From Macrostomum lignano (lineage: Eukaryota), in assembly GCA_002269645.1 (NCBI GenBank), contig NIVC01003844.1, forward strand, positions 9,882-73,881: a stretch of DNA of 64,000 nucleotides, written 5' to 3'. Every line of letters starts with the position of its first letter. Positions within the stretch are counted from its first letter, which is position 1. Positions 57,299 through 64,000 of this stretch are shown in pieces. The notes under the pieces are model-generated. The model was not told the DNA's origin, did no database searches, and worked only from the letters and a program-made list of their open reading frames with translations. The translations under genes and the position numbers were made by a program.

Positions 57299-57607
57299 TG
57301 GGGGGGGGGTTGCAGCCTAGTGGTCAGACTCACAACTTGAAGGTCGGGGGTTCGATTCCTGATCCTACTCGGGGGGGGAACAATTTGTGTCATTAAGCAA
57401 GACACTTAACTCTGCATTGCTTCAGTTCACCCAGCTGTCAAATGGGTGCCAGCATTAGCTGGGTAATTGAAGGTGTGTGTGGCGACCCCCAGTCTTTGGA
57501 CTGAACAGCCGTAGGCAGCCTTCAGATGTGCCGGGCAATAGCTGCGGCTGAGCTGTCGGTTGCACACCTGGCCATTAGGGCAGGTGTAATCAAACATTAT
57601 TATTATT
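57299..57607 (+). mobile_element. tRNA-derived CORE-type SINE
   Basis: A-box-like GCAGCCTAGTGG, B box GGTTCGATTCC, CORE-like TGTGTCATTAAGCAAGACACTTAAC..CAGCTGTCAAATGGG, (TTA)n tail, TSD ATGAGGC (57292-57298, 57608-57614). Confidence 0.85.
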
Positions 57608-58254
57608 ATGAGGCATTTCACGAGGCTGCACACTCATCCTATTTTAAATAACATTTTATGTAAAGCAGTAATATAAATTTAGAAAACATTATTAAGACTT
57701 CAGGGTGTTAAAAAATAAACTTGATAAAAAATAGAACATAAAAAAGTTATTGGAACACAATTTTGCTCAGTTATTACTGTTTATACTAATACACAGCAGT
57801 ATAGCAGATTATCAAAATAAAATGAACACCTGCAGATGCGAGCAGCAACTCAAACATCGCAATTAATGACAACTATGAAAACGATGCATTTTTATGGTTT
57901 CTAAAAGCTGATAAACATTTAAAACGGAATTTTTGTAAAATCAGACAGCAAAACAATTGTGTATGTTGTGTACCATTTAGTATGGACGAAGGGTAGAGCC
58001 AGAAAATACATAGGTGCTGTACTGCCTACTTAGAAACAGTAGTGTTGTAAGCTTTTTGACTGATAATTCTCCTTGAAAGTGTCTCACTCAGTCATGCTAA
58101 TTTTCTTGACTCTGATCCCAAGTGTGCACACGCTCACAACGAAGATGTACATCCTACCCTCTTCGACTTTATCATCGTTACGGCTCGTAGTGTACACTCT
58201 TTGTGCCTTAATCATAATTTTTTCGCTGTACATTTAGAGACGTCAAAGTCAGGG

Positions 58255-58490
58255 ACGGATCAAACTCAGCCTAGGGAGCAGGCCCAGCCTAGCTCAGCCA
58301 ATGAGAGAGCAGTAAGGAGAGAGGGTCAAAGTCAGACGGACGAAACCCAGCCTAGGGTGCAGGCCCAATCTGGCTCAGCCAATGAGAGAGCAGTAAGGAG
58401 AGAGGGTCAAAGTCAGACGGACGAAACCCAGCCTAGGGTGCAGGCCCAATCTGGCTCAGCCAATGAGAGAGCAGTAAGAAGAGACAAAGG
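58255..58490. repeat. 81-bp tandem repeat (~3 copies), each with a CCAAT box
   Basis: CAGCCTAGGG..CAGGCCCA..GCTCAGCCAATGAGAGAGCAGTAAG..AAAGTCAGACGGACG. Confidence 0.85.
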
Positions 58491-58632
58491 TCAGCGGAAT
58501 GGGAATGACACCGTGTTTTGCCTCTTCGCTGGCAGCGGGTGGACAGCCGCATTGATTCGCGGCAGCGCCCACAGCCCCCATCCAGCGAATTGAAACAAAT
58601 TGACAAAAGGTACACAATAGAAAAAAGGCTAT

Positions 58633-59440
58633 TCAAGGCCATCTAACAGCCAGTAAGCCTCGCCAAGGTGTCCAATCCCACAGCCAGAAGGCCAACAGGC
58701 CCAACAGTGCAAAGCAGCACAGAGCGAAAATGCCTCTAGCAATGTGACGATTCTCACGGTGCATAGACGTCGATCTATTATCAAACCCTGTGGATTGACT
58801 ACTGTGAGTAGCATTCTGAATATTATTATTATTATTATGATTCCGTCGACGAAATGTCAATCTTTGAAACACGTTGGAACCGGTGCCGCTCTGCTGCTGC
58901 TCTTCACTGCCAACTGAATTAGCAAACCTGACCCGATAACCACTGCTGGACATTGCTGGCAAAGTAGATCCCGTACTTCTCAATATGGATGTTGGACAGC
59001 CTTCGGCTAATCGACTGTCGATAGCTCGGATCAGCTGATCGGCGCAAGCTACCTCGGCGTTATAGTACATCTTCTCGGCGTGTAGGAACTCTTTAGCCGC
59101 TTGTAGATCGCCAGATTCAAACAGAATTTCGGCGGACAGGCGCATCGCTCGAGGAGTTGCTAAGGCTAAACGGCTGTGCTGATGTTGCTGGTGGCTGTGA
59201 CTCTGGTTCCCTGCATCATCAAGTAGGCTGGCTAGGAGACTCAGCGCTGCCTCCGGCTGGCCAGCAGCTCGAAGCGCCGCGGCTTGGCTAAGTCGATCTG
59301 TATCGTCGACTGAGTCAGCGGGTGCGGCGGAGGCTGCGGCAGCGGCGACAGTGGGGACGGCGATGATGACGGAGGCTGGGGAGGCTGTGTTGTCGAGCCA
59401 GTTTGGGCCGAGTTCATGCCTGGAATGTTTGAGTTGGTGC
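58633..59440 (-). CDS. Consortin-like tail-anchored protein, terminal (main) exon
   Basis: The frame is open ~300 nt upstream of the listed ATG; SAEILFESGDLQAAKEFLHAEKMYYNAEVA resembles the consortin N-terminal domain (AESYFQEEDYEKAMKFIQLERLYH, from memory); RVRF motif; C-terminal TM helix GIFALCCFALLGLLAFWLW. 5' splice boundary uncertain. Confidence 0.65.
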
Positions 59441-59454
59441 TGAGCGTCAGGATG

Positions 59455-59945
59455 CGAGTCAGTGCTGACAGAAAAGTGTCAGGGTGTGGGTCAGTGCTGA
59501 CAGAAAAGTGTCAGGTTGTGAGTCAGTGCTGACAGTAAAGTGTCAGGTTGTGAGTCAGTGCTGACAGTAAAGTGTCAGGTTGTGAGTCAGTGCTGACAGT
59601 AAAGTGTCAGGTTGTGGGTCAGTGCTGGCAGAAAAGTGTCAGGGTGTGGGTCAGTCCTGACAGAAAAGTGTCAGGTTGTGGGTCAGTCCTGACAGAAAAG
59701 TGTCAGGTTGTGGGTCAGTCCTGACAGAAAAGTGTCAGGGTGTGGGTCAGTGCTGACAGAAAAGTGTCAGGGTGTGGGTCAGTGCTGACAGAAAAGTGTC
59801 AGGTTGTGGGTCAGTGCTGACAGAAAAGTGTCAGGTTGTGGGTCAGTGCTGACAGAAAAGTGTCAGGGTGTGGGTCAGTGCTGACAGAAAAGTGTCAGGG
59901 TGTGGGTCAGTGCTGACAGTAATGTGTCAGGTTATGAGTCAGTGC
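59455..59945. repeat. 32-bp minisatellite (~15 copies)
   Basis: GTCAGTGCTGACAGAAAAGTGTCAGG(T/G)TGTGG tandem. Confidence 0.95.
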
Positions 59946-60397
59946 CAACTGACAGATGGGTGTCAGTGTGAAGTTTATTAATAGCCTAATAAGTAATTAA
60001 AAAAACTATAAATATTTATAAAAATACAAAAATCATCTCAATGCAACACGATAGTATTGTATTTCAATAAAATAAAAGTACATCGGTCAGGCATTTATTA
60101 CAAATCCAACGAAAATAAAATCTATAACGAGTGACGTCCTGAAAATATCCGATTATTTATTATTTAAATATTGAATATGATCCATGATATTACAAACGAT
60201 TGGTGCTTGTATACAAATTTGTGCAAATAATTGCATCTTTGATTTTAATTTCACCTGACGTGAGAATAAATCTACGAAATTCAAATCTGCGCGAGAGAGA
60301 AATATTATGCAGCGCAGCAAAAATAGCGAAACTATTTCTTCAAATAATGAATTTTTATGAGTACTTATAGCTCGCATAATTAAGATATCTATAATCC

Positions 60398-62776
60398 TCA
60401 CTGATAAGATCTGAGTGGAGTGCAGGCTCACTGATAAGATCTGAGTGGAGTGCAGGCTCACTGATAAGATCTGAGTGGGGTGCAGGCTCACTGATAAGAT
60501 CTGAGTGGGGGTTGCAGGCTCACTGATAAGATCTGAGAGGGTTGCATGCTCACTGATAAGATCTGAGTGGGGGTTGCAGGCTCACTGATAAGATCTGAGT
60601 GAGGGTTGCAGGCTCACTGATAAGATCTGAGAGGGTTGCAGGCTCACTGATAAGATCTGAGTGGGGTGCAGGCTCACTGATAAGATCTGAGTGGGGGTTG
60701 CAGGCTCACTGATAAGATCTGAGAGGGTTGCAGGCTCACTGATAAGATCTGAGTGGGGTGCAGGCTCACTGATAAGATCTGAGTGGGGTTTGCAGGCTCA
60801 CTGATAAGATCTGAGTGGGGGATGCAGACTCACTGATAAGATCTGAGTGGGGTGCAGACTCACTGATAAGATCTGAGTGGGGTGCAGGCTCACTGATAAG
60901 ATCTGAGGGGGGGGGTTGCAGGCTCACTGAAAAAAAATGTGTGTGGGGAGGGGGGTTGCAGACTCACTGATAAGATCTGAGTGGGGGGATGCAGACTCAC
61001 TGATAAGATCTGAGTGGGGGATGCAGACTCACTGATAAGATCTGAGTGGGGGATGCAGACTCACTGAAAAGATCTGAGGGGGGGGGGTTTGCAGGCTCAC
61101 TGATAAGATCTGAGGGGGGGGGGGGTTTGCAGGCTCACTGATAAGATCTGAGTGGGGGATGCAGACTCACTGATAAGATCTGAGAGGGGGTTGCAGACTC
61201 ACTGATAAGATCTGAGAGGGTTGCAGGCTTACTGATAAGATCTGAGGGGGGGGGGGTTGCAGGCTCACTGAAAAAAAATGTGTGTGGGGAGGGGGGGTTG
61301 CAGACTCACTGATAAGATCTGAGTGGGGTTGCAGGCTCACTGATAAGATCTGAGAGGGTTGCAGGCTCACTGATAAGATCTGAGGGGGGGGGGGTTTGCA
61401 GGCTCACTGATAAGATCTGAGTGGGGGTTGCAGGCTCACTGATAAGATCTGAGTGAGGGTTGCAGGCTCACTGATAAGATCTGAGAGGGTTGCAGGCTCA
61501 CTGATAAGATCTGAGTGGGGTGCAGGCTCACTGATAAGATCTGAGTGGGGTTGCAGGCTCACTGATAAGATCTGAGAGGGTTGCAGGCTCACTGATAAGA
61601 TCTGAGTGGGGGTTGCAGGCTCACTGAAAAAAAATGTGTGTGGGGAGGGGGGGTTGCAGACTCACTGATAAGATCTGAGTGGGGGGATGCAGACTCACTG
61701 ATAAGATCTGAGTGGGGGGATGCAGACTCACTGATAAGATCTGAGTGGGGGGGATGCAGACTCACTGATAAGATCTGAGTGGGGGGATGCAGACTCACTG
61801 AAAAGATCTGAGGGGGGGGTTTGCAGGCTCACTGATAAGATCTGAGAGGGGGTTGCAGACTCACTGATAAGATCTGAGGGGGGGGGGGTTGCAGGCTCAC
61901 TGAAAAAAAATGTGTGTGGGGAGGGGGGGTTGCAGACTCACTGATAAGATCTGAGTGGGGTTGCATGCTCACTGATAAGATCTGAGAGGGTTGCAGGCTC
62001 ACTGATAAGATCTGAGTGGGGTGCAGGCTCACTGATAAGATCTGAGTGGGGGTTGCAGGCTCACTGATAAGATCTGAGTGGGGTGCAGGCTCACTGATAA
62101 GATCTGAGAGGGTTGCAGGCTCACTGATAAGATCTGAGTGGGGGTTGCAGGCTCACTGATAAGATCTGAGAGGGTTGCAGGCTCACTGATAAGATCTGAG
62201 TGGGGTGCAGGCTCACTGATAAGATCTGAGTGGGGGTTGCAGGCTCACTGATAAGATCTGAGAGGGTTGCAGGCTCACTGATAAGATCTGAGTGGGTTGC
62301 AGGCTCACTGATAAGATCTGAGAGGGTTGCAGGCTCACTGATAAGATCTGAGTGGGTTGCAGGCTCACTGATAAGATCTGAGAGGGTTGCAGGCTCACTG
62401 ATAAGATCTGAGTGGGGTGCAGGCTCACTGATAAGATCTGAGTGGGGGTTGCAGGCTCACTGATAAGATCTGAGTGGGGTTGCAGGCTCACTGATAAGAT
62501 CTGAGTGGGGTGCAGACTCACTGATAAGATCTGAGAGGGTTGCAGGCTCACTGATAAGATCTGAGTGGGGTTGCAGGCTCACTGATAAGATCTGAGAGGG
62601 TTGCAGGCTCACTGATAAGATCTGAGTGGGGTGCAGGCTCACTGATAAGATCTGAGTGGGGGTTGCAGGCTCACTGATAAGATCTGAGAGGGTTGCAGGC
62701 TCACTGATAAGATCTGAGTGGGGTGCAGGCTCACTGATAAGATCTGAGTGGGGTTGCAGGCTCACTGATAAGATCT
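60398..62776. repeat. ~31-bp minisatellite (~75 copies)
   Basis: CTCACTGATAAGATCTGAG(T/A)GGGGTTGCAGG with variable G-runs and four A-run/GT variant units. Confidence 0.96.
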
Positions 62777-62803
62777 AAAAATCAAAGGTAAGCTTGAGAA
62801 CAG

Positions 62804-63397
62804 TTAATGATCAAAGAATAAGCATACGGTAAAATCTAAACCAACAAGTCCGCAATAGAAAGCACCAAAGAGTTGACATATTAACATGTCTTCAAGCCTG
62901 CTCATCCGGCCCAGAGCCAACCTGAGCATGCCCGATCGAAGCAGCAGCCTCGCTAATAGAACTGCGGCAGCTTTAGCCGCATCTAATTGACGTTTCTCAG
63001 CCTCTTGACGCTTATAATCTGTGTTAAACATTAGCGTGTAGAGAATGGCCAACACTGCAGCCATACCAGCGAACACTAGACAGGCCAGGCTGTAGTCCAT
63101 AGGAGGCGGTACAGCACATGCTGTCAGCGCTGTCGTGGCTGTAGGAGTCGCCAACACCTGGCCAGCGACCATGAGCACCACGGAGGCCAACTGACCAGCT
63201 AGCACAAGAAGGCCAGTGCTCACCGCCTCTCCAACAGGATGAGTAGCTTCTACGCCCAGTTCCAATGCTATCGGATAGAATGCGAAACCGAATGCGCCAA
63301 ATGCCGCAATCGAGGAGACTACGGCAGCGTGAGAATTTGGCCGGCCAATCAAGGCGGCGAATGCGGCTGAGGTGGCCGCGGCCAAGCTGAAGGATAC
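62804..63397 (-). CDS. Last exon of an SLC49-family MFS transporter (MFSD7/SLC49A3- or FLVCR-like)
   Basis: CTCTCAG acceptor, phase 0; FGAFGFAFYPIALELGVEATHPVGEAVSTGL..GQ..; DYSLACLVF..FNTDYKRQEAE. Confidence 0.85.
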   Translation of the reverse strand, partial: VSFSLAAATSAAFAALIGRPNSHAAVVSSIAAFGAFGFAFYPIALELGVEATHPVGEAVSTGLLVLAGQLASVVLMVAGQVLATPTATTALTACAVPPPMDYSLACLVFAGMAAVLAILYTLMFNTDYKRQEAEKRQLDAAKAAAVLLARLLLRSGMLRLALGRMSRLEDMLICQLFGAFYCGLVGLDFTVCLFFDH

Positions 63398-63491
63398 CTG
63401 AGAGTGGGGTTGGGGTGGGCCAAGGAATTACAGCCCAGAAATCCCACTAATTGCAGAATGTCGAAAATTTCACCAATCACGGCTATCAACC

Positions 63492-63504
63492 ATCTATCTG
63501 TCTG

Positions 63505-63562
<58 letters not shown>

Positions 63563-63734
63563 ATCTATCTATCTATCTGTCTATATATTTATGTATCTAC
63601 CTATCTATCTATCTATCTGTCTATCTATCTATCTATCTAATCTAATCTATCTATCTATCTATCTATCTACCTATCTATCTATCTATCTGTCTATATATTT
63701 ATCTATCTACCTATCTATTTATCTATCTATCTAA

Positions 63735-63773
<39 letters not shown>

Positions 63774-63810
63774 CCTATCTATCTGTCTATATATTTATCT
63801 ATCTACCTAC

Positions 63811-63860
<50 letters not shown>

Positions 63861-63861
63861 G

Positions 63862-63896
<35 letters not shown>

Positions 63897-63925
63897 GTCT
63901 ATCTATTTATCTATCTATCTATCTA
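63492..63925. repeat. (TCTA)n microsatellite in the transporter intron
   Basis: Imperfect ATCT tetranucleotide run. Confidence 0.97.
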
Positions 63926-64000
63926 CCAAAAACAAACCAAATAGGTAACAAAAGTCTACCTATATTTTCCGCTAAAAATCTACTCGGGATAAGCAAGAGT

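Noticed and set aside
57299-57365. tRNA gene
   Set aside because: The cloverleaf is incomplete and continues into a CORE domain, tail and TSD; it is a SINE head.
16370-62776. CRISPR-like appearance of the 30-45-bp repeat arrays
   Set aside because: No unique spacers, no cas genes, and the context is eukaryotic; these are head-to-tail minisatellites.

Overview
Eukaryotic (invertebrate metazoan; TTAGGG-type repeats, spliceosomal introns) genomic window. The first ~40 kb is a dense nest of transposable elements: an Ingi-type LINE (2A peptide, 3 PHD fingers, APE, RT, RNase H); an assembly gap; an R2-family retrotransposon with no rDNA on its visible 5' side, split by a full-length RTE LINE (13-bp TSD); a solo LTR; a LINE fragment duplicated into a large palindrome around a TTAGGG-bearing TIR element; an RPA70-like pseudogene; a Penelope-like fragment with inverted hammerhead-bearing LTRs; a Harbinger nested in a Harbinger; a truncated LOA/R1-like LINE; and a hAT with an intact ORF carrying an in-frame 48-bp VNTR. 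The last ~24 kb holds host genes: a three-exon Six1/2 (sine oculis) homeobox gene (+), a consortin-like exon (-) and the last exon of an SLC49/MFSD7-like transporter (-), with large intronic and intergenic minisatellites, MITEs and a CORE-type SINE. The most interesting signals are RNA-level and recoding devices on the retroelements: two HDV-like ribozyme candidates, two hammerheads, two NPGP/2A motifs, and an LTR promoter facing the R2 5' end. All structure and family calls were made by eye and by motif recall; no searches or folding programs were run.
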